NCBI GenBank assembly: GCA_903928895.1 | Contig: CAIYSR010000117.1 | Location: forward strand, 1 to 32,000 | Direction: 5' to 3' | DNA length: 32,000 nucleotides | DNA from: an uncultured Rhodospirillales bacterium | Lineage (GTDB): Bacteria; Pseudomonadota; Alphaproteobacteria; Acetobacterales; Acetobacteraceae | Shown: one piece after another, positions 9,291-16,534 of the stretch | Layout of the letters: each line of letters starts with the position of its first letter | How positions within the stretch are numbered: position 1 is the stretch's first letter | The notes under the pieces: model-generated | The model's input: only the letters and a program-made list of their open reading frames with translations | What the model was told of the DNA's origin: nothing | The model's database searches: none | Made by a program: the position numbers and the translations under genes

Positions 9291-9836
9291 TCAGAGCGAA
9301 ACGAGGCCGCGCCGAACGCCCTGGCTCAGCGCCTCGGCCCGGCTGTTGACGGCAAGCTTCGCGAACACCGCCTCGAGGTGGTATTTCACCGTATGGGCTG
9401 AAATACTGAGACGGCGAGCAATCACCTTGTTGCTCATGCCCTCCGCGATCAGGGCAAGAATCTCCGCCTCGCGCGGGGTCAACAGCGACGGTGCGCGGAC
9501 CATCGGCATGCGCACGTGGAGACCCTCGGCAAGGGCGTTGACCGCGGCCTGAACACGGCGCGCAGACGTGTCGCGCGGCAGCACGCCGGCAATGCCCTGG
9601 TCAGCGGCGAGGACAGTGTCGTCGCTCAGCACCAGGACCGGAATGCCAGACAGGCCAGACGGCAGAGCCGCCCCTTCGGGCAGATCGAGCACCAGAACGT
9701 CCGGCGCCGAGTCGGTCGCGCGGTCAAGCACAGCCTCAAGCTGCCTTGCACGCCAGGGATCGGCCACCAGGAGGGAAACCCGAGGGCCTTGCGGGACGGC
9801 CATACCGTGGATGGCGGTGTCAATCATCTGTCGCAT
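9291..9836 (-). CDS. LuxR/FixJ-type transcriptional regulator with a degenerate receiver-like N-domain
   Basis: The C-terminal LuxR HTH reads LTPREAEILALIAEGMSNKVIARRLSISAHTVKYHLEAVFAKL. The N-domain (LLVADP...VLVLDLP) lacks the canonical acidic pair. The start is uncertain: TTG 9872, ATG 9836, 9827 or 9803. Confidence 0.8.
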   Translation of the reverse strand: MRQMIDTAIHGMAVPQGPRVSLLVADPWRARQLEAVLDRATDSAPDVLVLDLPEGAALPSGLSGIPVLVLSDDTVLAADQGIAGVLPRDTSARRVQAAVNALAEGLHVRMPMVRAPSLLTPREAEILALIAEGMSNKVIARRLSISAHTVKYHLEAVFAKLAVNSRAEALSQGVRRGLVSL

Positions 9837-9967
9837 GTTTGAAACAGTGGGGCTTCGGCGCACGGCCCGCAAGTATGGCGTGACATCTCACCACTTTGTC
9901 ATGTTCCCGACAGGCCCGGGTCAGCCCGTCTGGGGTCATGTGGACGCGCAGACAGGAGACACGCGGC

Positions 9968-10162
9968 ATGCCGTGCCCCGATGACAGGACCCCGCTCGAT
10001 TTCAGATCGCTCCTCGCCGATCCGCTGACGCGCCTGATGATGGCAAGCGACGGGGTGAGCGAAGCGGCGCTGCGGGCCGTGCTGGTGCAAGCCGCCACGG
10101 CGCGCGACGCGGCGCAAGCCGGGCTGCCGCCAACGGTTGCGGAGGATCGGCGGGCACGCTAG
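9968..10162 (+). CDS. small hypothetical protein
   Basis: The ATG at 9968 gives 64 aa (MPCPDDRTPLDFRSLLADPLTRLMMASDGVSEAAL...). The DFRSLLADP..R..M.SDGV pattern resembles small conserved alphaproteobacterial proteins that I recall only loosely. Confidence 0.4.
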   Translation: MPCPDDRTPLDFRSLLADPLTRLMMASDGVSEAALRAVLVQAATARDAAQAGLPPTVAEDRRAR

Positions 10163-10171
10163 GCACCGGCC

Positions 10172-10783
10172 ATGGTGGCCCTTCGCATCGAGACCTTCAG
10201 CGGACCGGATCTGGCGCCCGTCTTGCCGGCGCTGGCACGGCTGCGCATCGACGTGTTCCGCGCCTGGCCATATCTGTATGACGGGGACCCAGCCTCCGAA
10301 GAGCGCTACCTCGTGGAGTTCGCCAAGGCGCCCACGGCCGGGCTGGTCCTCGCGTTCGACGGCGAGGAGCCGGTCGGATGCTCAAGTTGTCTGCCGCTCG
10401 CTGAGGCCGGACCGGCGCTGTCGGTGCCCTTCGCGGCGCGCGGGATCGATCCGGCGCGTGTATTCTATTTCGGTGAGTCGGTGTTGTTGCCGCGCTATCG
10501 CGGCCAAGGCGTCGGGGTGGCGTTCTTCGCGGCCCGGGAGGCCCACGCGCGGCGGCTGACGGCGTGCGACTTTGCAGCGTTCTGTGCGGTCGAGCGGCCT
10601 CCGGATCATCCGCTCAAGCCCGCGGGGGCGGTGTCGCTCGATGCGTTCTGGCGGCGGCGTGGCTTCGTGCCGTACCCCGACATGACCTGCACGATGGCCT
10701 GGAAACAGGTCGATACGGCGGTGGACGTGACCAACACGCTCGCGTTCTGGATGAAATCGCTGACCGGCGCGAGCCTGCCGTGA
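10172..10783 (+). CDS. GNAT family N-acetyltransferase
   Basis: 203 aa with the acetyl-CoA-binding-like motif LLPRYRGQGVGVAFF. The stop overlaps the next start as GTGA. Confidence 0.85.
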   Translation: MVALRIETFSGPDLAPVLPALARLRIDVFRAWPYLYDGDPASEERYLVEFAKAPTAGLVLAFDGEEPVGCSSCLPLAEAGPALSVPFAARGIDPARVFYFGESVLLPRYRGQGVGVAFFAAREAHARRLTACDFAAFCAVERPPDHPLKPAGAVSLDAFWRRRGFVPYPDMTCTMAWKQVDTAVDVTNTLAFWMKSLTGASLP

Positions 10784-11640
10784 GGCTCGGCTTGTGCCAG
10801 TGGAAGATCGGACCAGCCGGCGGATTGGCCGGCTGGGCGGCTCGGCTGGAGCGCGAAGTCGCCCATGCCGCCGGGATGGGGGCGGAGCTGCTGGTGATGC
10901 CGGAATATGCGCCGCTGGAACTCGGGGCCGGCGCCACTGCCGATGTGGCGCAAGAACTCCGCGCAAGCGTGGCGACGGCGGCCGAGGCGATCGCCGCGGC
11001 ACAGAACATCGCCCGGCGCTATCGCGTGTGGCTGCTGCCGGGGACACTGCCGATGGCGATCGACGGACGGATCGTCAACCGCGCACCGCTGATCAGCGCT
11101 GCCGGCGGCCTGGCGTTTCAGGACAAACACGTGATGACCCGCTTCGAGGTCGAGGAATGGGGCGTGGCCGCGGGCCTCCCCCCCGCGGTGTTCGACACGC
11201 CATGGGGCGTGATCGGGATTGCGATCTGCTTCGACCTGGAGTTTCCGACGCTGGTGCGCGCGCAGGTGGAGGCCGGCGCCTGGCTGATCCTGGGGCCGTG
11301 CTGCACGGACACACGCGCCGGTTTCAACCGGGTGCGGATCGCCGCCGCGGCACGAGCAATGGAGAACCAGTGCTTCATCGGCATCGCGCCCACGGTCGGC
11401 GAGGCGCCGTGGTGCGGAGCTCTGGACGTCAACCACGGCTATGCGGCGGTCTTCGGGCCGATCGACCGGGGCTTTCCAGAGGATGGCATGATCGCGCGCG
11501 GTGCGCTCGATGTGGGGCAATGGGTGTTCGCGGATATCGATCCGGCGGCAATCGAGCGGGTCCGGGCGGACGGCGCGGTCCGCAACCACCGGAGCTGGCC
11601 GCCCCCGCCCCCGGCATCGCCGCTCCGGGTCCTGGCATGA
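10780..11640 (+). CDS. carbon-nitrogen hydrolase (nitrilase superfamily) protein
   Basis: The start is GTG 10780 (VRLGLCQWKI...). Glu-Lys-Cys triad contexts: LLVMPEY, FQDKHVMTRFE, IGIAICFDLEFP. The track ORF start at 10564 lies inside the GNAT gene and is rejected. Confidence 0.85.
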   Translation: MRLGLCQWKIGPAGGLAGWAARLEREVAHAAGMGAELLVMPEYAPLELGAGATADVAQELRASVATAAEAIAAAQNIARRYRVWLLPGTLPMAIDGRIVNRAPLISAAGGLAFQDKHVMTRFEVEEWGVAAGLPPAVFDTPWGVIGIAICFDLEFPTLVRAQVEAGAWLILGPCCTDTRAGFNRVRIAAAARAMENQCFIGIAPTVGEAPWCGALDVNHGYAAVFGPIDRGFPEDGMIARGALDVGQWVFADIDPAAIERVRADGAVRNHRSWPPPPPASPLRVLA

Positions 11641-12773
11641 CCCTGGTCTATCTCGTCGCCGGGGAGGAAAGCGGCGATGTGCTGGGCGCCCGACTGATGC
11701 GTGCGCTTCGGGCACGGCGGCCGGACGTCCGCTTTGCCGGGCTCGGCGGCGAGCGCATGAAGGCGCTGGGGCTGGCCCCGCTGTTTCCGATGCGCGAGCT
11801 CGCGGTCATGGGGTTGCTCGAAGTGCTGCCGAAGGTCTTCCGGCTGCGTGCGCGGCTGCATCAAATGGAAGCGGATATCCTGGCGCTGCGGCCGGATGTG
11901 GTGGTGACGATCGACAGTCCCGGCTTCACCTTGAGGCTGCTGAAACGATTGAAGAGGAGCCGGTTGAAGCGGGTTCATATGGTGGCCCCGCAGGTCTGGG
12001 CGTGGCGCGAGAGCCGGGTGAAGGGGTTTCCCGGGCTGTGGGACCGGCTGCTGTGCCTGCTGCCATTCGAACCGGCCTATTTCGCCCGGCACGGGCTGGA
12101 AGCGGTATTCGTCGGGCACCCTGCCCTCGAGTCCGGGGTCGACGGCGGCGACGCCGCGCGGTTCCGGCTGCGCCATGCGGTGCCGCCGGAGGGGCGGCTG
12201 TTGGTGGTGATGCCGGGCAGCCGACGCAGCGAGGTCAGTCGCCTGCTGCCGGTCCTGGCCGAAACCATGGCACTGCTGCGCCCGGCATTTCCGGACCTGA
12301 TTCCGGTCGTCCCGGTCGCCAATGCGGTGGCGGAGACAGTGATCGCGGCCACCGAAAATTGGCCCGTGCGACCGATCGTGGTGACCGACACCGGTGACAA
12401 GCACGACGCCTTTGCGGCCGCGGCCGCAGCACTCACCAAGTCCGGCACCGCCACGCTGGAATTGGCGATCGCCGGCGTGCCGATGGTGGTGACCTACCGG
12501 GTCAATCCGATCACCGCAATGATCGCGCGGCGGCTGATCAAGGTGCGTTTCGCCGCGATCGTCAATCTGCTGGCAGATCGCCTGGTGGTGCCGGAACTGA
12601 TCCAGCAGGACGGCACGCCTGTCCGGCTTGCGGCCGAGATCGCGCGGCTGCTGGGCGAGCCGGCCACGGCCGCGGACCAGCGGGCGGCGTTCGCCACCAT
12701 CGTGGCCACGTTGCGGCCGACCGAAGGCACGCCATCGGACGCGGCCGCCTGCGAGGTCCTGCGGCTCTGTTGA
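11637..12773 (+). CDS. lpxB: lipid-A-disaccharide synthase
   Basis: ATG 11637 forms an ATGA overlap with the upstream stop. Motifs: MTLVYLVAGEESGD, DSPGFTLRLLK, VAPQVWAWRESR, LPGSRRSEV, SGTATLELAIAGVPMVV.YR. Confidence 0.92.
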   Translation: MTLVYLVAGEESGDVLGARLMRALRARRPDVRFAGLGGERMKALGLAPLFPMRELAVMGLLEVLPKVFRLRARLHQMEADILALRPDVVVTIDSPGFTLRLLKRLKRSRLKRVHMVAPQVWAWRESRVKGFPGLWDRLLCLLPFEPAYFARHGLEAVFVGHPALESGVDGGDAARFRLRHAVPPEGRLLVVMPGSRRSEVSRLLPVLAETMALLRPAFPDLIPVVPVANAVAETVIAATENWPVRPIVVTDTGDKHDAFAAAAAALTKSGTATLELAIAGVPMVVTYRVNPITAMIARRLIKVRFAAIVNLLADRLVVPELIQQDGTPVRLAAEIARLLGEPATAADQRAAFATIVATLRPTEGTPSDAAACEVLRLC

Positions 12774-12808
12774 TTGACCCGGGCCGCGATCTCGCGGAGC
12801 CTGCAACC

Positions 12809-13696
12809 ATGAATACACGCCGCCTCGCCATCGCCGCTGCCATTGCCACCGGGGTTCAGGTCGGGGCCGCGATGGTGGCGACGCGGGCCGTGGGGCCGGT
12901 GCTGGGGCCGGTAAGCCTGGCCCTGCTGCGCTACGTCATCGGCTTCCTCTGCCTGCTGCCGGCGGCAGTCGTGATGTGGCGGCGCACGCCTTTCGTGAGG
13001 CGCGATGTGGTGCCGGTGGCGCTGCTCGGGATCGGGCAATTCGGGATCCTGGTGGCGCTGCTGAATGTCGGGCTGCGCGAGGTGCCAGCGGCGCGGGGCG
13101 CGTTGCTGTTCTCCGCGTTCCCGTTGATGACCCTGGGACTGGCGGCCGTCCTCGGCCAGGAGCAGATGGGGCGGGCGAAGGTCGCGGGCGTGTTGTTGAC
13201 AATGCTCGGCGTGGCGCTCGCGATGGGCGAGCGGGTGTTGCTGCCGGGCGGGGTGAGCCTATGGGGCGAGGCAGCGGTGTTGGGAGCGGCGTTGTGCGGG
13301 GCGGTATGCAGCGTGCTCTACCGCCCCTATCTGCGGCGCTATCCACCGGTGGCCGTGAGCGCGGTCGCGATGCTCGCCTCGGTTGCGTTTCTCGCCGTGC
13401 TGGCCGGCACGATCGAGGATTTGGCGGCCGTGGGCCGCCTCGATGCCGCCCGCTGGGGCGCGGTATTGTTCATCGGCACCGGCAGCGGAGCCGGGTATTT
13501 CTTCTGGCTGTACGCGCTGAAGCATTTGCCGCCGACCCAGGTGACAGTGTCGCTGTCATTGTCGCCGCTGACCGCCATCGTGCTCGGTGCCGGGCTGCTG
13601 GGCGAGCCGGTAGGCCCTGGCGTGGCGCTCGGCTTTGTCGCCATCGCCGCCGGAATGTGGCTCGCCACGCGCATACCCCCGACTGAAACGGGATGA
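12809..13696 (+). CDS. DMT superfamily (EamA-like) transporter
   Basis: About 10 hydrophobic segments with a two-EamA-repeat look. ATG 12809 is preferred over TTG 12770, which overlaps the lpxB stop. Confidence 0.8.
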   Translation: MNTRRLAIAAAIATGVQVGAAMVATRAVGPVLGPVSLALLRYVIGFLCLLPAAVVMWRRTPFVRRDVVPVALLGIGQFGILVALLNVGLREVPAARGALLFSAFPLMTLGLAAVLGQEQMGRAKVAGVLLTMLGVALAMGERVLLPGGVSLWGEAAVLGAALCGAVCSVLYRPYLRRYPPVAVSAVAMLASVAFLAVLAGTIEDLAAVGRLDAARWGAVLFIGTGSGAGYFFWLYALKHLPPTQVTVSLSLSPLTAIVLGAGLLGEPVGPGVALGFVAIAAGMWLATRIPPTETG

Positions 13697-14583
13697 AAGA
13701 ACCGAGCATGTCCGAGTTTCTCGTCGCGCCGGAGCCTGACAACCCCGCGCTAACCCGGGAAGTCGTGGGCGTCGACCAGGCTGGAATGCGGGTAACCGGG
13801 CGTGTGCCGGTGGAGCGGCCGCTGACGCTGTTCCTCAACAGCCAGGAAATCGTCACCATGATGACGATCGGGGATCGCCCCGACTGCCTGGCCGTCGGCT
13901 ACCTGCTCAACCAGAACATGCTGCGGCCCGAGGATGTCATCGAGGCGGTGGAGCATGATGCGGAACTCGACGTCATCGTCGTGCGCACGGCGCGTCGGAC
14001 CGACTACGAGGCCAAGCTGCGCCGGCGTACGCTCACCTCGGGATGCGCGCAGGGCACCGCCTTCGGCAACATGATGGAGCGCTTCGAGACGGTCACGCTC
14101 GATGCGGCGGCGGAGCTGCGGACGTCCTGGCTCTACGCCCTGGCGCACAAGATCAACACCCGCCCGAGCCTGTATCTCGCAGCCGGCGCCATTCACGGCT
14201 GCGTGCTCTGCGCCGCGGACCGGCCCCTGGTCTATATGGAGGACGTCGGGCGTCACAATGCGATCGACAAGATCGCAGGATGGATGCACCTCAACGGTGT
14301 CGGGCCGGAGGGCAAGCTGTTCTATACGACGGGGCGGTTGACCTCGGAGATGGTGATCAAGTGCGTGCAAATGCGCATACCCATCCTGGTCAGCCGCAGC
14401 GGGTTCACCGCCTGGGGGGTGGAACTGGCGCGGCAGGCCGGGCTCACGCTCGTCGGCCGGGCGAAGGGGCGGCGGTTCCTGTGCGTGGCCGGCGAACAGC
14501 GGTTGCGCTTCGATGCCGACCCGACCGAGGCGCCGGCGGAGCCCAGGGGCAAGCCCTCGGGCAGCGCCCGTGCCGAGGATTGA
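13693..14583 (+). CDS. fdhD: formate dehydrogenase accessory sulfurtransferase
   Basis: 296 aa. Motifs: GYLLNQNML, TSGCAQG, EDVGRHNAIDK, GRLTSEMV.K......PILVSRSG.T. It shares an ATGA overlap with the upstream DMT gene. Confidence 0.92.
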   Translation: MKEPSMSEFLVAPEPDNPALTREVVGVDQAGMRVTGRVPVERPLTLFLNSQEIVTMMTIGDRPDCLAVGYLLNQNMLRPEDVIEAVEHDAELDVIVVRTARRTDYEAKLRRRTLTSGCAQGTAFGNMMERFETVTLDAAAELRTSWLYALAHKINTRPSLYLAAGAIHGCVLCAADRPLVYMEDVGRHNAIDKIAGWMHLNGVGPEGKLFYTTGRLTSEMVIKCVQMRIPILVSRSGFTAWGVELARQAGLTLVGRAKGRRFLCVAGEQRLRFDADPTEAPAEPRGKPSGSARAED

Positions 14584-15433
14584 TGCCTCCGCGCTCTACG
14601 CATTGGGTTCGGCGGCGCTGCTGGCTCTGGCGCTGATCCTGGCACGCCTCGGGCTGCGGGCGCGGCCGGTGGTGGCGGCAGCGGCTACCTCGGTGCCGAC
14701 GGCGACTTTGCTGATGTGGCTGGCAGCGCCCTTCGCGCTCGATCCTGCCGCGTTTGACTTGACCGCGACGCTGATTTTCGCCGCTTGCGGGGTGCTGTTC
14801 CCGATCGGACAGACCCTGCTGTCGTTCGAGACCAACCGGCGCATGGGGCCGACGCTCGCCGGGGCGCTTGGCAACGTGACGCCCCTGTTCGCACTGGGCT
14901 TCGCCGCAGTTCTGCTCGGCGAGCAGGTGACTCGGTTGCGCGGCGCCGGAGCGATGGTCATCATTCTCGGCGTGCTGTCGCTGACCCTGCCTGGCGGAAC
15001 CTTGCGGCGGGGCTGGCCGCTCTGGGTGCTGGCCCTGCCGGTCGCGAGCGCCCTGATCCGGGGGATCACCCAACCTGGCGTGAAAGCCGGGCTGGCGCTG
15101 TGGCCGAACCCGTTCGCGGCCAGCCTGATCGGCTATACCATTTCGAGCGCCATCATCCTCAGCCTGCGCGCGACGCAACGCCACCTGCCGGTGCCGTGGC
15201 GCGACCATGCGATGTTCATGCTCGTCGGGGTCTGCAACGCCGGTGCGGTGATGGCGATGTACGCGGCCCTGGCACGCGGTGCGGTGGGCATGGTGGCCCC
15301 TCTGGTCGCGACCTATCCGCTGTTCACGCTCGCCTTCAGTGCGCTGATCCTGCGCGATGAGAGGCTCCACGCCCGCTTGCTCGGCGGCGTTGCCGCGATC
15401 GTGGCGGGCGTGGTGCTGGTACTCGAGGGCTAA
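14570..15433 (+). CDS. DMT superfamily (EamA-like) transporter
   Basis: Multiple TM segments throughout. I chose GTG 14570, which overlaps the fdhD end by 14 nt. The track start 14513 gives an Arg/Pro-rich extension inside fdhD. Confidence 0.75.
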   Translation: MPRIDASALYALGSAALLALALILARLGLRARPVVAAAATSVPTATLLMWLAAPFALDPAAFDLTATLIFAACGVLFPIGQTLLSFETNRRMGPTLAGALGNVTPLFALGFAAVLLGEQVTRLRGAGAMVIILGVLSLTLPGGTLRRGWPLWVLALPVASALIRGITQPGVKAGLALWPNPFAASLIGYTISSAIILSLRATQRHLPVPWRDHAMFMLVGVCNAGAVMAMYAALARGAVGMVAPLVATYPLFTLAFSALILRDERLHARLLGGVAAIVAGVVLVLEG

Positions 15434-15535
15434 GCAAACCCTCTCAGGTTTGCGCTCTTGCTGAGAGCTAAGCTGGCTTTCGCCCGCACGATGTTTGCAA
15501 ATGCATCCGTGGTCTGTCCTGCGAAAGCCTGCTTA
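15434..15535. terminator. hairpin cluster between the convergent DMT gene and rpmE
   Basis: There are three hairpins: GCAAACC-ctctca-GGTTTGC (15434-15453), GCTCT-tgctg-AGAGC (15454-15468), and a 15-bp stem with one mismatch, TAAGCTGGCTTTCGC / GCGAAAGCCTGCTTA (15469-15483 with 15521-15535, 37-nt loop). No clear U-tract is present. Confidence 0.4.
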
Positions 15536-15537
15536 GT

Positions 15538-15777
15538 TCAGTCTGCCGAGTCGGTCTTCTTGAGCCCGAGGCCTGCGAACTTCTTGTTGAACTTCGCGAC
15601 CTGACCGCCGGTGTCCATCATGCGCTGCACGCCGGTCCAGGCCGGGTGGGACTTCGGGTCGATGTCCAGACGCAGCGTGTCGCCGGCCTTGCCGGAACAG
15701 GAGCGCGTCTTGAACGTGGTCCCATCCGTCATGATGACATTGACTTCGTGGTACTCGGGGTGAATTCCGGGCTTCAT
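15538..15777 (-). CDS. rpmE: 50S ribosomal protein L31
   Basis: 79 aa: [26 protein letters not shown]...HPAWTG...[10 protein letters not shown]. Confidence 0.95.
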   Translation of the reverse strand: MKPGIHPEYHEVNVIMTDGTTFKTRSCSGKAGDTLRLDIDPKSHPAWTGVQRMMDTGGQVAKFNKKFAGLGLKKTDSAD

Positions 15778-15830
15778 GGCATACCTTGCTTGTCTGACCC
15801 CACCGATCCGACCGGCCGGGCAAGCCGCGG

Positions 15831-15859
15831 GCTATACCCCCCTGCCCGGCGTCCTGCAA
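15831..15859 (-). promoter_or_regulatory. possible sigma70-type promoter of rpmE
   Basis: On the minus strand, TTGCAG (15859..15854), a 17-nt spacer and TATAGC (15836..15831) sit about 50 nt upstream of the rpmE ATG. This is a pattern match only. Confidence 0.3.
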
Positions 15860-16045
15860 GCCGAACCGTCAGCATTTCGGCCGTGCACCGCAGGCGAACC
15901 AGGATACCCGGCGAAAGCGCGGGTTCGGCCCGAGCCCCTGAGTGTTCGTAGTTTTTGTGCGCCGCACAAGGAACGCACGCAAGAAAATCTCGCGCGATCC
16001 CCGAATTCCGCACGAATCTCCGTGACACGCTGTGGCCAGGACGTT

Positions 16046-16087
16046 AAACAAAAGAAAGGCCCGCGCGCCGGAAAGGCGCGCAGGGCC
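16046..16087 (-). terminator. rho-independent terminator (minus strand)
   Basis: On the minus strand, the GC-rich stem GGCCCTGCGCGCC-tttcc-GGCGCGCGGGCC (12 bp, one bulged base) is followed directly by TTTCTTTTGTTT. Confidence 0.75.
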
Positions 16088-16200
16088 AAGTTTAGGGAGG
16101 AAACGCCAGTCACACGGCAGGAAGAGGGGAAACCCTCTTCCTGCCGTGAAGATTGCGCGTTACGCGCCTCACGTCCAGGGAAAATTGTGCGTCGCAAGAT
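16046..16200 (-). ncRNA. candidate small RNA or processed 3-prime UTR element downstream of the DUF1467 gene
   Basis: A perfect 16-bp hairpin with a 4-nt loop (16113-16148) is followed by a single-stranded spacer containing CCUCCC (complement of 16095-16100) and then the intrinsic terminator. An AT-rich promoter-like stretch lies at 16190-16260. The 5-prime end is a guess. Confidence 0.35.
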
Positions 16201-16273
16201 TAAAAAAGTGGCGATCAATCCGTAAATGCCGAAAATATAGCCATAACTGCGCATCAATCAGTCACATTGCGCA

Positions 16274-16531
16274 CTATTCAGGCAACGCCAGCCAGCCCGA
16301 CCGAAAACTGACCAGACCGCTCCCGACCACCGCATAGATCGCGCCCCATATCACCGCGGCCACAATCGTCGTGATCAGCACCTTGCGCAGCATCTGCGGC
16401 TTCTCCGGCGCGCCACGCCAGCCCGATTGGGGGTCCGCCTCCGCCACCGGGCGCGTGCCCAGCGGCAGCACCGCGAACAAGGCGATCCACCAGATGACAA
16501 AATACATCGCAACCGCGGTGACCACCGGCAT
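16274..16531 (-). CDS. DUF1467 small membrane protein
   Basis: 85 aa with two TM segments (AVAMYFVIWWIALFAVLPLG ... LITTIVAAVIWGAIYAVV). It sits in the conserved position downstream of rnj. Confidence 0.8.
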   Translation of the reverse strand: MPVVTAVAMYFVIWWIALFAVLPLGTRPVAEADPQSGWRGAPEKPQMLRKVLITTIVAAVIWGAIYAVVGSGLVSFRSGWLALPE

Positions 16532-16534
16532 GAC

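Noticed and set aside
10794-11636. N-terminal 281-aa extension of the lpxB ORF (track ORF 10794..12773, 659 aa)
   Set aside because: The extension is an out-of-frame read of the C-N hydrolase gene (Arg/Gly-rich). LpxB homology starts at MTLVYLVAGEESGD, at the ATGA junction at 11637.
15832-16257. 141-aa minus-strand ORF whose first 23 codons look like a small hydrophobic peptide (MMRSYGYIFGIYGLIATFLILRR)
   Set aside because: It runs straight through a 16-bp hairpin, an intrinsic terminator and the rpmE promoter region. Its codon usage is AT-rich and atypical. I treat the region as non-coding RNA or regulatory sequence. A very short leader peptide cannot be fully excluded.
16247-16273. Weakly dif-like sequence (CTGCGCATCAATCAGTCACATTGCGCAC), considered as a XerCD site given the skew switch
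   Set aside because: It lacks the conserved GCATAAT / ATTATG arms and central spacing of proteobacterial dif. It lies 3 kb left of the skew change. I saw no other dif-like site in the window; the only GCATAAT is inside purK.
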